From the NCBI GenBank assembly GCA_030037815.1, contig JASHPZ010000022.1, forward strand, positions 1,782-65,781: a DNA stretch of 64,000 nt, read 5' to 3'. The notes beneath the pieces are model-generated. The model did no database searches and had not been told where the DNA came from. It was given only the letters and a program-made list of their open reading frames with translations. The translations under genes and the position numbers were made by a program. Shown here piece after piece: positions 1 to 9,300 of the stretch (position 1 is the first letter of the stretch; each line of letters starts with the position of its first letter). The DNA comes from Thermoplasmata archaeon. Its GTDB lineage: Archaea > Thermoplasmatota > Thermoplasmata > Lutacidiplasmatales > UBA184.

Positions 1-1239
1 CGTCGCCAGAACCCGGAGTATCTCCAGTGGTTCACGGATGCGATTACGCGGGACGCGGAGTGGAGGGCGGCGCTCCAGGAGGCCGACCGCCTCCGACGGC
101 GCCGCAACGAACTCGGCCGGGCGATCGGCGCTGCCAAGGCCTCGGGCGGGGCGTCGCCCGAGCTCGAGGCCGAGGCGAAACAACTGCCGACCCAGCTGAA
201 GGCGGCGGAAGAGCGCGAGCGGGAACTCGCCGCCCTCCGGGACGCCCTGCTCCGCCGCCTGCCGAATCTGATGGACGAGTCGGTGCCGTTCGGGAAGGAC
301 GACTCGGAGAACCAGGTCGTCGCGACCTGGGGAACGCCGCAGCCCGGGGCGGAGGGTCTCCGCGCGCACGGGGAGGCGCTCGAAGCTCTCGGGATGGCGG
401 AGTTCGAGCGGGCCCAGCGCGCGAGCGGGGCGGGGTTCTACTACCTGCGCGGCGGCATCGTGCTGCTCGACCTGGCGCTCCAGCGGTTCGCCCTCGACCT
501 CCTGGTCGAGCGGGGGTTCACCCCGGTCGAGCCGCCGTACCTGCTGCGGCGGGCTCCGTACGAGGGGGTGACCGACCTCGCGGACTTTGAGAAGGTGATG
601 TACAAGATCGAAGGGGAGGACCTCTACCTGATCGCGACCAGCGAGCACCCGCTCGCGGCGCTCCATCTGGGGGAGATCCTCGACGAGGACCACCTCCCGA
701 TCCGCCTCGCCGGCATCAGTCCGTGCTTCCGGAAGGAGATCGGGGGCCACGGGGTCGACCAGAAGGGGATCTTCCGTGTCCACCAGTTCCAGAAGGTCGA
801 GCAGTTCGTCTTCGCCCGCGCCGAGGACTCGCCCGCGATCCACGAGGAGATCCGGGCGAACGCGGAGGAGGTGTTCCGCCGGCTCGAGATCCCGTACCGC
901 GTCGTCAACGTCTGCACGGGCGACCTCGGCACCGTCGCCGCGAAGAAGTACGACATCGAGGCCTGGTTCCCGCGGCAGGGAGCGTTCCGGGAGGTCGTCA
1001 GCTGCTCCAACTGCACCGACTACCAGGCCCGTCGCCTGGGGATACGGGTTGGGAAGGCCGGCCGACCGGGGAAGCTGGTACCGCATACGCTGAACTCGAC
1101 GGCCGTCGCCACGTCCCGCGCGCTGGTGGCGATCCTCGAGCAGTACCAGCAGCCGGACGGGACGATCGCCATCCCGTCGGTGCTCCGTCCGTATCTCGGC
1201 GGGCGCGCCGAGCTGACCGCGGAAACGGCGAATCGGTAA
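1..1239 (+). CDS. serS: Seryl-tRNA synthetase, 5'-truncated by the window edge. Frame 1 translates from position 1 (RRQNPEYLQWF...) into the listed ORF 271..1239.
   Basis: Frame 1 gives an N-terminal coiled-coil arm. The class II aaRS core follows (motifs around FRKEIG...GIFRVHQFQKVEQF and AVATSRALVAILEQYQ). The C-terminal tail is typical of SerRS. Confidence 0.88.
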   Translation, partial: RRQNPEYLQWFTDAITRDAEWRAALQEADRLRRRRNELGRAIGAAKASGGASPELEAEAKQLPTQLKAAEERERELAALRDALLRRLPNLMDESVPFGKDDSENQVVATWGTPQPGAEGLRAHGEALEALGMAEFERAQRASGAGFYYLRGGIVLLDLALQRFALDLLVERGFTPVEPPYLLRRAPYEGVTDLADFEKVMYKIEGEDLYLIATSEHPLAALHLGEILDEDHLPIRLAGISPCFRKEIGGHGVDQKGIFRVHQFQKVEQFVFARAEDSPAIHEEIRANAEEVFRRLEIPYRVVNVCTGDLGTVAAKKYDIEAWFPRQGAFREVVSCSNCTDYQARRLGIRVGKAGRPGKLVPHTLNSTAVATSRALVAILEQYQQPDGTIAIPSVLRPYLGGRAELTAETANR

Positions 1240-1288
1240 CGGCGTTCCGAGCCCGGAGCCCCTAAGCGCCGGGCGTCCTGACCGGGGC

Positions 1289-3004
1289 GTGCCGGGGGCC
1301 GCCCAGCGTCGCCTCGAGGAGTTCGTGGGGCCCGGCGCGGAGCCGTACGTCCCCCCCGTGCCGGCGGGACGCCCCCACCCTCCCGCCCTCGCGGGGGTCT
1401 GGGAGGTCGTCGACGGAGATGTCGTCCACCCCCTCCTCCGGCCGGGCGCGGTCCGTGCCCGTCCGTTCCAGATCGACCTCGCGCGGATCGGCCTCACCGA
1501 GGACCTGCTCGTCGTGCTGCCGACGGGGCTCGGCAAGACTGTGATCGCGGGGCTCCTCGCAGCGGAGGTCCTGCGGCGGTCGGACGGGAAGGTGCTGGTC
1601 CTCGCGCCGACTCGGCCGCTCGTCCAGCAGCACGCCGAGTCGTTCGCCCGCTGGCTGACCCCGGTCCGCACCGCACGATTCACCGGGACCGTGAAGCGGC
1701 CGGTCCGGGAGGGGACTTGGGAGACCGCCGACCTCGTGTTCGCGACTCCCGAGATCGTCGCCAACGACCTCGGGGCCGAGCGATACCGGCTGGACGACGT
1801 CGCCCTGATCGTGTTCGACGAGGCGCACCACGCGGTCGGGAAGTACGCCTACGTCCCGGTGGCGGCACGCTACCGGTCCGAGCGGCCGAGTGACGGCCGC
1901 GTGCTCGGCCTGACCGCGTCCCCCGGCGGCCAGGACGAGCGCATCGCGGAGGTGGTCGGCGCGCTCGGGGTCGCGCGGATCGAGGCGCGGACCCGCGAGG
2001 ACGAGGGGGTCCAAGAGTTCGTGCGACCGGTCGAGGTCGAAACGCGTTGGGTCGACCTCTCCCCGACCGCGGAACGGATCCGGGAGCTCCTCCAGACCGC
2101 GGCCCACGCGACCGCGCGCAAGCTCCAGAAGATGGGGTACCTTCGGAAGAAACCCATCGCCTCGCTGTCCGTGAAAGACTTGATCGCCCTGCGGTCGGAG
2201 ATCTTCGCCCGTCCGGGGCCGATGGCCCGTCGGTTCGGCCCGCTGTTTCACCAGTTGGTGCTGTTGCACCTCCATCATGCCGAGGAGCGACTCGAGACGC
2301 AGGGCCTGACGCCGTTCGTGCAGTACCTGGACCGGGTCGCCGCCAAACCGAAGCCGTCGCGCGGGGACGCCTTCTTCCTGAAACTCCCCGAGGTCGCGGA
2401 GGCCCGACGGACCGCGGAGGAGTTCCTCGAGCGCACGCACGAGCCCTCCCATCCGAAGCTCGAGGCGCTGGTCGAGTTGGTGCGCGAAACGCTCGCCGCG
2501 CCGCGCGACCACCCCCCGCGGATCCTCGTGTTCGCCCAGTATCGCGACACGATCCGTACGATCCAGTCGATGTTGGAGGCCCAGGGGTGGACCGTCGGCC
2601 GGTTCGTCGGGCAGGCGACCCGCGACGCGGACGACCAGGGGATGAGCCAGAAGGAGCAGGGCCGCGTGCTCGGGGCGTTCCGCGACGGCCGATTCCCGGT
2701 CTTGGTCGCCAGCAGCGTGGCGGAGGAGGGGTTGGACGTCCCCGACGTCGACCGGGTCGTCTTCTTCGAGTCGGTCCCGAGCGAGATCCGGGCGATCCAG
2801 CGGCGCGGCCGGACGGGCCGGACCTCGCTCGGCCAGGTGACGCTCCTCCTCACCCGCGGCACGCGGGACGTGCGCTACCAGACGGCGGAGGTGCGGCGCG
2901 AGAAGTCGATGAAGCGGATCGTGCGGCGGCTCTCTGCGGAGGCCCGACGGCGGGCGGCCGCCGAGCGCCCGGGCCCCTCCGGCCCCGCCGAAACTGGCGG
3001 ATAA
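1289..3004 (+). CDS. hef: Hef/FANCM-like SF2 helicase, helicase domains only. There is no ERCC4 nuclease domain.
   Basis: Motif I is LVVLPTGLGKT. Motif II is FDEAHHAV (DEAH). Motif VI is IQRRGRTGR. The 571-aa protein ends in a basic tail with no nuclease fold. Confidence 0.75.
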   Translation: MPGAAQRRLEEFVGPGAEPYVPPVPAGRPHPPALAGVWEVVDGDVVHPLLRPGAVRARPFQIDLARIGLTEDLLVVLPTGLGKTVIAGLLAAEVLRRSDGKVLVLAPTRPLVQQHAESFARWLTPVRTARFTGTVKRPVREGTWETADLVFATPEIVANDLGAERYRLDDVALIVFDEAHHAVGKYAYVPVAARYRSERPSDGRVLGLTASPGGQDERIAEVVGALGVARIEARTREDEGVQEFVRPVEVETRWVDLSPTAERIRELLQTAAHATARKLQKMGYLRKKPIASLSVKDLIALRSEIFARPGPMARRFGPLFHQLVLLHLHHAEERLETQGLTPFVQYLDRVAAKPKPSRGDAFFLKLPEVAEARRTAEEFLERTHEPSHPKLEALVELVRETLAAPRDHPPRILVFAQYRDTIRTIQSMLEAQGWTVGRFVGQATRDADDQGMSQKEQGRVLGAFRDGRFPVLVASSVAEEGLDVPDVDRVVFFESVPSEIRAIQRRGRTGRTSLGQVTLLLTRGTRDVRYQTAEVRREKSMKRIVRRLSAEARRRAAAERPGPSGPAETGG

Positions 3005-3086
3005 ACCTTCGTTTGGCGTGCGACGACCTGCCATTCAGGTGGCGAGGCTAAATAGCGAGGTCCGGGTCGAACGCCCCGGCGGGACG

Positions 3087-3200
3087 ATGGGGGCCCTCGA
3101 TTGGGTGACGGCCCACCTGGGGCTGGCGGTGCTGACGGTCCTCGCGTGCGGGCTGGCCGTCTACCTCGTCTACGTGATGGTGCACCCCGAGAGGTTCTGA
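3087..3200 (+). CDS. kdpF: Potassium-transporting ATPase subunit KdpF, a small single-TM peptide.
   Basis: The internal ATG of ORF 3018..3200 gives MGALDWVTAHLGLAVLTVLACGLAVYLVYVMVHPERF. It has a KdpF-like hydrophobic helix ending ...YLVY...ERF (E. coli KdpF ends ...YLVYALINAEAF). It lies directly upstream of kdpA. Confidence 0.6.
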   Translation: MGALDWVTAHLGLAVLTVLACGLAVYLVYVMVHPERF

Positions 3201-3206
3201 GGGCCC

Positions 3207-4919
3207 GTGTCCTTCGCGATCCAGTCGCTCTGGGACGTCATCGTCCTGATCGCGGTCGTCCTCGCGATCGCCCCCTGGTTCGGGAGCTACCTCGGCCGCG
3301 TGTTCATGAACCGTCCCGTCGCGGGGGACGTCGTCCTGAACCCGATCGAGAACGCCGTCTACCGGCTCCTCGGCACGTCCCCGCGGCGGTCGATGACCGC
3401 GCGCGAGTACATGGTCGCGCTCCTCTGCCTGAACGGCGCGGTCTTCGGCTTTCTGTTGGCGTTCTTCCTCCTTCAGGGGGTGCTGCCCGGGAACCCGACG
3501 GGCGTCCCCGGCATGAGCTGGGACCTCGCGTTCCACTCGGCCGCGAGCTTCACGACCAACACCGACTTCACCCACTTCACCAACGAGACCCAGGTCAGCT
3601 TCGCCTCGCTCGTGGTCGCCTGGCAGCTCGCGCTGTTCCTCTCCGCCGCGACCGGGCTCGCGGTCGCCGCCGCGATGATCCGCGGCTTCGTCCGCAAGGA
3701 CGGGACCGTCGGCAACTTCTACGTGGACGTGACGCGGGCGGTCACCCGCGTCCTGCTGCCGCTCTCCGTCGTCGGGGCGCTCGTGCTCGTCCTGATGGGC
3801 GTGCCCGAGACGTACAGCTACGTCGTCGTCGCGCACCCGCTCACCGGCGGGACCCAGACGATCCTGCTGGGACCGGTCGCGTCGTTCCAGTCGATCTCGC
3901 TCCTCGGGACGAACGGCGGCGGCTGGTACTCGGCGAACATGGCGAGCCCGCTCGCCAACCCGTCCGCGCTGTCGAACCTGTTCGGGACGTTCGTGATGAT
4001 GCTCATCCCGTTCTCGACCCCGTTCGCCTTCGGCCAGATGGTCCGGCGCCGCGGCGAGGCGTGGCCGTTCGTCGGGACGATCCTGATCGTCTTCGTGGTC
4101 GCGCTTGGGCTGTTCATCGCCTACCAGGCGGCGACCAACCCGTTCCTCGGGGGGATCTCGGGGCTGACGGTCGGGTCGAACGGCTACCCGGTCGGGCAGG
4201 AGACGCGGTGGAGCCTCTCCGAGGGCTCGCTGTTCCAGGTCGTCAGCGTCTACGCGAACGTCGGGGCGAACAACATGCAGATCGGGGCGATCTCGCCCGG
4301 GGGCCAGATGGTCCTCCTGTTCGGGATGTTCACCCAGTCGACGCCCGGTGGCGAGGGGACCGGGTTCACGACCCTCCTCCTGTTCGCGGTCCTCGCGATC
4401 TTCGTCGGCGGGCTGATGGTCGGGCGGACGCCCGAGTACCTCGGGAAGAAGATCACGACCAGCCACGTCAAGTGGTCCGCGCTCGCGGTCCTGGTCCACC
4501 CGGCGTCGATCCTGATCCCGTTCTCGGTCGCGGTCTTAGGGGGTTACGTCGACCTCTCCGGGCCGACGATCGGCGCGACCGCCCACAATTTTTCGTCCGT
4601 CCTCTACGAGTTCACGAGCGAGTCGGCGAACAACGGGAGCGCGCTCTCGGCGGCGAGCGTGAACGACACGACCGTGTTCTTCAACGTCGCCGGCGGGCTG
4701 ATCATGCTCCTCGGCCGCTTCGTCCCGATCTACGCGATGCTCCGCATCGGGGGCCTGTTCTCGAAGCAGGACGTCATCCCCCCGGGCCCGGGGACGCTCC
4801 GCACGTCGAGCGCGACGTTCACGGTCTTCCTGACGCTGTTCCTGATCATCACGACGGCGCTCCTCTTCCTGCCCGTCCTCGCCCTCGGCCCGCTCGGCCA
4901 GATCGTCGGAGGTCCGTAG
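3207..4919 (+). CDS. kdpA: Potassium-transporting ATPase subunit A (K+ channel-like subunit).
   Basis: The protein is 570 aa and polytopic. Its N-terminus MSFAIQSLWDVIVLIAVVL...WFGSYLGRVF is characteristic of KdpA. It sits in the kdpFABC order. Confidence 0.9.
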   Translation: MSFAIQSLWDVIVLIAVVLAIAPWFGSYLGRVFMNRPVAGDVVLNPIENAVYRLLGTSPRRSMTAREYMVALLCLNGAVFGFLLAFFLLQGVLPGNPTGVPGMSWDLAFHSAASFTTNTDFTHFTNETQVSFASLVVAWQLALFLSAATGLAVAAAMIRGFVRKDGTVGNFYVDVTRAVTRVLLPLSVVGALVLVLMGVPETYSYVVVAHPLTGGTQTILLGPVASFQSISLLGTNGGGWYSANMASPLANPSALSNLFGTFVMMLIPFSTPFAFGQMVRRRGEAWPFVGTILIVFVVALGLFIAYQAATNPFLGGISGLTVGSNGYPVGQETRWSLSEGSLFQVVSVYANVGANNMQIGAISPGGQMVLLFGMFTQSTPGGEGTGFTTLLLFAVLAIFVGGLMVGRTPEYLGKKITTSHVKWSALAVLVHPASILIPFSVAVLGGYVDLSGPTIGATAHNFSSVLYEFTSESANNGSALSAASVNDTTVFFNVAGGLIMLLGRFVPIYAMLRIGGLFSKQDVIPPGPGTLRTSSATFTVFLTLFLIITTALLFLPVLALGPLGQIVGGP

Positions 4920-4920
4920 C

Positions 4921-7062
4921 GTGAACGCCGAGGCGCCGTTCCTGGTCGAGCCCGGCGCGCGGGTCTCCGTCCGCCGCACGCCCCACACGTCGTGGCGGCG
5001 CGTCCTCCACGACTCGTTCGCGCACTTCAGCCCGCGCCGCCAGGTCCGCCACCCGTTGATGTTCTGCGTCTACGTGCTGTTCCTCTTCCTCGTCGTCCTG
5101 ACGCTCTACCCGCGCGCCTTTCCCGACATCGCGCGGACGTACAACGCCGGGTTCTACCTCGCCGTCACGGTCATCTTGTTCCTGACGCTCTGGTTCGCGA
5201 ACCTGTCGGACGCCATCGCGGAGGCGCAGGGCCGCGCGCAGGCGGACAGCCTCCGCACGATCCGCAGCGGGATCCGCGCCCGCCAGATCCTGCCGGACGG
5301 CTCGAGCCGCTGGGTCGCCTCCGACGTGCTCCACGTCGGCGACACGGTCGAGATCCACGCGGGAGAACCGGTCGCGTTGGACGGGGACGTCGTCCAGGGC
5401 GCGGCGCTGATCGACGAGTCGATGATGACCGGCGAGTCGGAAGCCGTCACCCGCGAGTCGGGCGGCGACAAGACGAGCGTGCTCGGGGGGACGCGGGTCC
5501 TCCAGGGGACCGTCCGCGTGCGGGTCTCGGCCGCCCGCGGCGAGTCGTTCCTCGACCGCCTGATCCAGCTCGTGGAGGGCGTCGGGCGGGAGCCGACGCC
5601 GAACGAGATCGCGCTCAGCGTGCTGCTCGCCGCGTTCACGATCACGCTGTTCATCGTCTGCGTGACGTTCCTCTACCTCGCGAACTTCTCCGGGATCGTC
5701 GAGGTCGACCTCGCGACCATCGTCGCGCTGTTCGTCTGCCTGATGCCGACCACCATCGGGGCGCTACTCCCGGCGATCGGCATCTCGGGGGTCAACCGGG
5801 TCGCCCGCGCGAACGTCATCGCGAAGTCCGGGAAGGCGGTCGAGGCGTCCGGGGATCTCGACATCCTGATCCTCGACAAGACCGGGACGATCACGGTCGG
5901 GAGCCGGCTCGCGGTCCAACTGATCGCCGCGCCGGACGTCCCGCTCCCCGAAGTGGTCGAGGCGGCGATGCTGTCGTCCACGCTGGACGACACGCCCGAG
6001 GGGCGCTCGATCGTCCGCCTCGCCGCGCGGCGGAACGTCCCGACCCGGCGGCTCGAACCGGGGAGCTTCAAGGTGATGCCGTTCACCGCCGAGCGCCGGA
6101 TGAGCGGCCTCGTGCTCAAGGACGGGACCGAGATCTTCAAGGGGTCGATCTCGGCGATGGAGGGGTACGGCGCCTACCTCGCGCCGCCGACCCGGAAGTC
6201 GGCCGCCGACGCGGCGCGGCAGGGGATGACGCCGCTCGTCATCGCGGTGAACAAGCGCGTTCTCGGCCTCGTGATCCTGAAGGACGTCGTGAAGCCCGGG
6301 ATCCGCGACCGGCTCCGCGAGCTGAAGACGATGGGGATCCGCACCGTGATGTGCACGGGCGACAACCGCCTCACCGCCGCCGCGATCGCGGAGGAGAGCG
6401 GGGTCGACGAGTTCATCGCCGAGGCGAAGCCCGAGTCGAAGCTCCAACTGATCCAGCGGGAGAAGGCGGAGGGCCGGCTGGTCGCGATGACCGGGGACGG
6501 GACGAACGACGCGCCGGCGCTCGCCCGCGCCGATGTCGGGCTCGCGATGAACTCCGGGACGAGCGCCGCCAAGGAGGCCGGCAACATGGTCGACCTGGAC
6601 AACGACCCGACGAAGCTGATCCAGGTCGTCTCGATCGGAAAGCAGCTCCTGATCACCCGCGGGGCGCTCACGACGTTCTCGATCACGAACGACGTCGCGA
6701 AGTACTTCGCCATCATCCCGGCGATCTTCCTCACCGCCGGGGCGATCGCGCTCCCCGGCATCGCGGCGCTCAACATCCTCGGGTTCACGAACCCGTACCT
6801 GGCCGTCCTCGCCGCGCTGTTGTTCAACGCGCTGATCATCCCGCTCCTGATCCCGCTCGCGATCGCGGGCGTGCCGTTCCGCCCCCGCTCGGCAATCGAC
6901 CTGTTGCGCCGCAACATGCTCGCGTGGGGCGTCGGCGGCCTCGTCAGCGCGTTCGTCGGGATCTGGGCCTGCTACCAGCTGCTCGCCTGGATGATCCCGC
7001 AGCCGTTCTTCCACGCGGTCGCGCTGGACCTCACCCGGTACCTGCCGCTCGGAGGCCTGTGA
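4921..7062 (+). CDS. kdpB: Potassium-transporting P-type ATPase subunit B.
   Basis: P-type ATPase motifs are present: DKTGTIT (phosphorylation site), MCTGDN and MTGDGTNDAPALA. The protein is 713 aa. Confidence 0.95.
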   Translation: MNAEAPFLVEPGARVSVRRTPHTSWRRVLHDSFAHFSPRRQVRHPLMFCVYVLFLFLVVLTLYPRAFPDIARTYNAGFYLAVTVILFLTLWFANLSDAIAEAQGRAQADSLRTIRSGIRARQILPDGSSRWVASDVLHVGDTVEIHAGEPVALDGDVVQGAALIDESMMTGESEAVTRESGGDKTSVLGGTRVLQGTVRVRVSAARGESFLDRLIQLVEGVGREPTPNEIALSVLLAAFTITLFIVCVTFLYLANFSGIVEVDLATIVALFVCLMPTTIGALLPAIGISGVNRVARANVIAKSGKAVEASGDLDILILDKTGTITVGSRLAVQLIAAPDVPLPEVVEAAMLSSTLDDTPEGRSIVRLAARRNVPTRRLEPGSFKVMPFTAERRMSGLVLKDGTEIFKGSISAMEGYGAYLAPPTRKSAADAARQGMTPLVIAVNKRVLGLVILKDVVKPGIRDRLRELKTMGIRTVMCTGDNRLTAAAIAEESGVDEFIAEAKPESKLQLIQREKAEGRLVAMTGDGTNDAPALARADVGLAMNSGTSAAKEAGNMVDLDNDPTKLIQVVSIGKQLLITRGALTTFSITNDVAKYFAIIPAIFLTAGAIALPGIAALNILGFTNPYLAVLAALLFNALIIPLLIPLAIAGVPFRPRSAIDLLRRNMLAWGVGGLVSAFVGIWACYQLLAWMIPQPFFHAVALDLTRYLPLGGL

Positions 7063-7709
7063 GCGCCCGCCCGCCGTTTCCGCAACTTCCCCCCGGACCG
7101 AGCGAGCCGCGAGTCCTCCCGGCCCATACCCCGGGCGGGCACGTCCGCGCGAGCGCGGTGCTGCTCGTGCTGACGCTGCTCGTCTCCGGCTTCGCCTACC
7201 CGCTCTTCGTCACCGGGGTCGCGCAGCTGATCGACCCCTCGGCCGCGAACGGCTCGCTCCTCTACTACCAGAACGGGACGGTGGCGGGTTCGAGCCTCGT
7301 CGCCGAGAACCTGAGCGCGCCGTTCCTGTTCTGGGAGCGCCCGAGCCTGACCGATTACAACCTGCTGAACGGAACGGGCACGGCGCCCGGCCCGTCGGAC
7401 CCGGCGCTCCAAGCGCTCCTCAATGAAACTCTCAACTATACCCGGGAGTATGGGGAGTTCACCGTCAATGCCTCGATCCCGTTCTGGTTCGTCGCTCCGT
7501 CCGCGTCGGGCGTCGACCCGGACCTCGTGCCGGAAGCGGTCTTGATCCAGATCCCGCGGGTCGCGAACGCGACGAACCTCTCGGTCGCCAACCTGACCGC
7601 GCTCGTGAACGCGCACATCACCCAGCCGCTCATCCCCGACCTCGGCGTCCCGTACGTGGACGTCCTCCGCCTCGACCTCGCGCTCGTCGGGATCACGGGG
7701 GAGACGTAG
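7059..7709 (+). CDS. kdpC: Potassium-transporting ATPase subunit C.
   Basis: The GTG start overlaps the kdpB stop as GTGA. There is an N-terminal TM helix (AVLLVLTLLVSGFAYPLFVTGVAQ). A KdpC-like segment follows (GSSLVAENLSAPFLFWERPS). The frame is that of the tail of listed ORF 4992..7709. The start codon is uncertain; an alternative GTG lies about 100 nt downstream. Confidence 0.72.
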   Translation: MSARPPFPQLPPGPSEPRVLPAHTPGGHVRASAVLLVLTLLVSGFAYPLFVTGVAQLIDPSAANGSLLYYQNGTVAGSSLVAENLSAPFLFWERPSLTDYNLLNGTGTAPGPSDPALQALLNETLNYTREYGEFTVNASIPFWFVAPSASGVDPDLVPEAVLIQIPRVANATNLSVANLTALVNAHITQPLIPDLGVPYVDVLRLDLALVGITGET

Positions 7710-7712
7710 GCC

Positions 7713-8522
7713 GTGTACCGCGAGATCCTCGTCCCGGTCCAGGAGCCGTCGGAGGTCGAGCCGCTCGTCCGGTTCGCCGCGCAGTTCCTGGACGCCGACG
7801 GGACGATCCGGGTGCTGCACGTCATCCCCTCGACGACCCTTCCCGAGGTGACGCGGGAGTGGCGGAACTCGGTCCACCTGGTCGTCCCGGCCCACGAGGC
7901 CGGGGCGGCGCTGGACGTGCGGGTCGACCCGGAGGTGCGGGCCGCCTCGGACGTGCCGGGCGAGATCCTCGAGAGCGCGGAGTCCCACAACGTCGACGCG
8001 ATCCTCCTGACCCTGCGTGGGTCGAAGCGCGGGCGGAACCCGCTGGTGGGGCACACCGCGAGCGGGATCCTGCAGCACGCTCCGCGGGACGTCCTGGTCG
8101 CGAACCGCCTCGCGCTCACGGCCGACCGGATCCCGCGCGTCCTGGTCGCGACGTTCCAGCCGATGCCGCCGCCGCGGGCGATGCAGGTGGCGGAGCTCGT
8201 GTCGGTGCGGAACGACAGCGCCCCGGTGGTCGCCCTGACGCTCGGGTCGCCCGGACCGGGCGACGACGGCTCTCCCGTTCATGAGGGTCGGAGCGCTCGC
8301 GGCATCCCGTTCACGCGGAAGCGTTCGTTCATCTCGGGCGCCCTCCTCGGCCGACGCGGCCGGGCCCCCGAACTGATCCTCCAAGCCGCGGCGCGCGAGC
8401 GGTTCGGACTCCTGATCGTCGGCGAGGAGGAGGACCGGGCGGGCGGCCGGCTGCTCACCCGCCGATTCCTCGAGGAGCTGTTCCGGGCCGCGCCGTGCCC
8501 GGTCGTCGCGCTCCGCATCTAG
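7713..8522 (+). CDS. Universal stress protein family protein with tandem Usp domains, a KdpQ-like partner of archaeal kdp operons.
   Basis: The Usp fold signature is present (MYREILVPVQ...VLHVIP..., ...DAILLTLRGSKRGRNPLVGHTASGILQHAPRDVLV), and a second, weaker Usp half follows. It lies immediately downstream of kdpC, as in haloarchaeal kdpFABCQ. Confidence 0.65.
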   Translation: MYREILVPVQEPSEVEPLVRFAAQFLDADGTIRVLHVIPSTTLPEVTREWRNSVHLVVPAHEAGAALDVRVDPEVRAASDVPGEILESAESHNVDAILLTLRGSKRGRNPLVGHTASGILQHAPRDVLVANRLALTADRIPRVLVATFQPMPPPRAMQVAELVSVRNDSAPVVALTLGSPGPGDDGSPVHEGRSARGIPFTRKRSFISGALLGRRGRAPELILQAAARERFGLLIVGEEEDRAGGRLLTRRFLEELFRAAPCPVVALRI

Positions 8523-8529
8523 GGGCGCC

Positions 8530-9300
8530 ATGGGCGAGCTCGCGTTCGTCGGGCTCGGACTCGGCGACGAACGGGACTTGGGGGCCCGGGCCCTGGACGC
8601 CTTGCGCGCCTCGGGAGCGGTCTTCGCCGAAGAGTACACCGCGGTGGCCGCGCCCGGGGCGATCGACCGTCTCGCCCACGCGCTCGGCCATCCGATCCGC
8701 CGGCTCTCGCGGGCGGAGCTCGAGAGCGAGACCCCGATCCTAGACGCCCTTCGCGGACACGACCGGGTCGCACTCGTGGTCGTCGGGGACCCGTTCGCCG
8801 CGACCACTCACGTCAGCCTGCGCCTCGCCGCCGAACGGACCGGCCACACGTGGCGGTACTACCCGAACGCGAGCGTCCTCACCGCCGCCGCCGGGTTCCT
8901 CGGCCTAACGCCCTATCGGTTCGGCCGCACCGTCTCGCTGCCGTTCCCGGCGCCGGGGTTCCGACCTCGGTCGCCGTTCGACCGGATCGTCGAGAACCGC
9001 GAGCGCGGGCTCCACACGCTGGTCCTGCTCGACCTCGCGCCCGACGGGGGCCGATTCCTCACCGCGCACGACGGGCTCGCCGACCTGAGGGAGATGGACC
9101 CCGAGGCGGAGCGACTCCCCGAGCACGCGTTGGTCGCGGTCGTGGCCCGCCTGGGACGCGACGACGTCGCGGGGTACGTCGGGAGCTTCGGGGCGATGCG
9201 CGCGGCCGACTTCGGGCCGCCGCTCCACGCGATTGTCGTCCCGGCGCCCGACCTCCATTTCGAGGAAGAGGCCGCGCTGGCGCGCTTTCGGATCCCTTAG
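8530..9300 (+). CDS. dphB: Diphthine synthase (diphthamide biosynthesis methyltransferase, tetrapyrrole-methylase family).
   Basis: The N-terminus is MGELAFVGLGLGDERDL. The protein is 256 aa. This length and motif pattern are typical of archaeal Dph5. Confidence 0.85.
   Translation: MGELAFVGLGLGDERDLGARALDALRASGAVFAEEYTAVAAPGAIDRLAHALGHPIRRLSRAELESETPILDALRGHDRVALVVVGDPFAATTHVSLRLAAERTGHTWRYYPNASVLTAAAGFLGLTPYRFGRTVSLPFPAPGFRPRSPFDRIVENRERGLHTLVLLDLAPDGGRFLTAHDGLADLREMDPEAERLPEHALVAVVARLGRDDVAGYVGSFGAMRAADFGPPLHAIVVPAPDLHFEEEAALARFRIP

Noticed and set aside
1262-3034. Long antisense ORFs that cover annotated genes: 1262..3034(-), 3048..4499(-), 6972..8807(-), 22552..25095(-), 39080..41773(-), 58908..61829(-), 14556..17594(+), the front of 4992..7709(+), 5764..7014(-), 9840..11561(-) and others.
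   Set aside because: They are Arg/Pro/Gly/Asp-rich with no motifs, and they overlap genes that have clear family signatures on the other strand or in another frame. Such ORFs are the expected artefact of ~70% GC DNA, where stop codons are rare.
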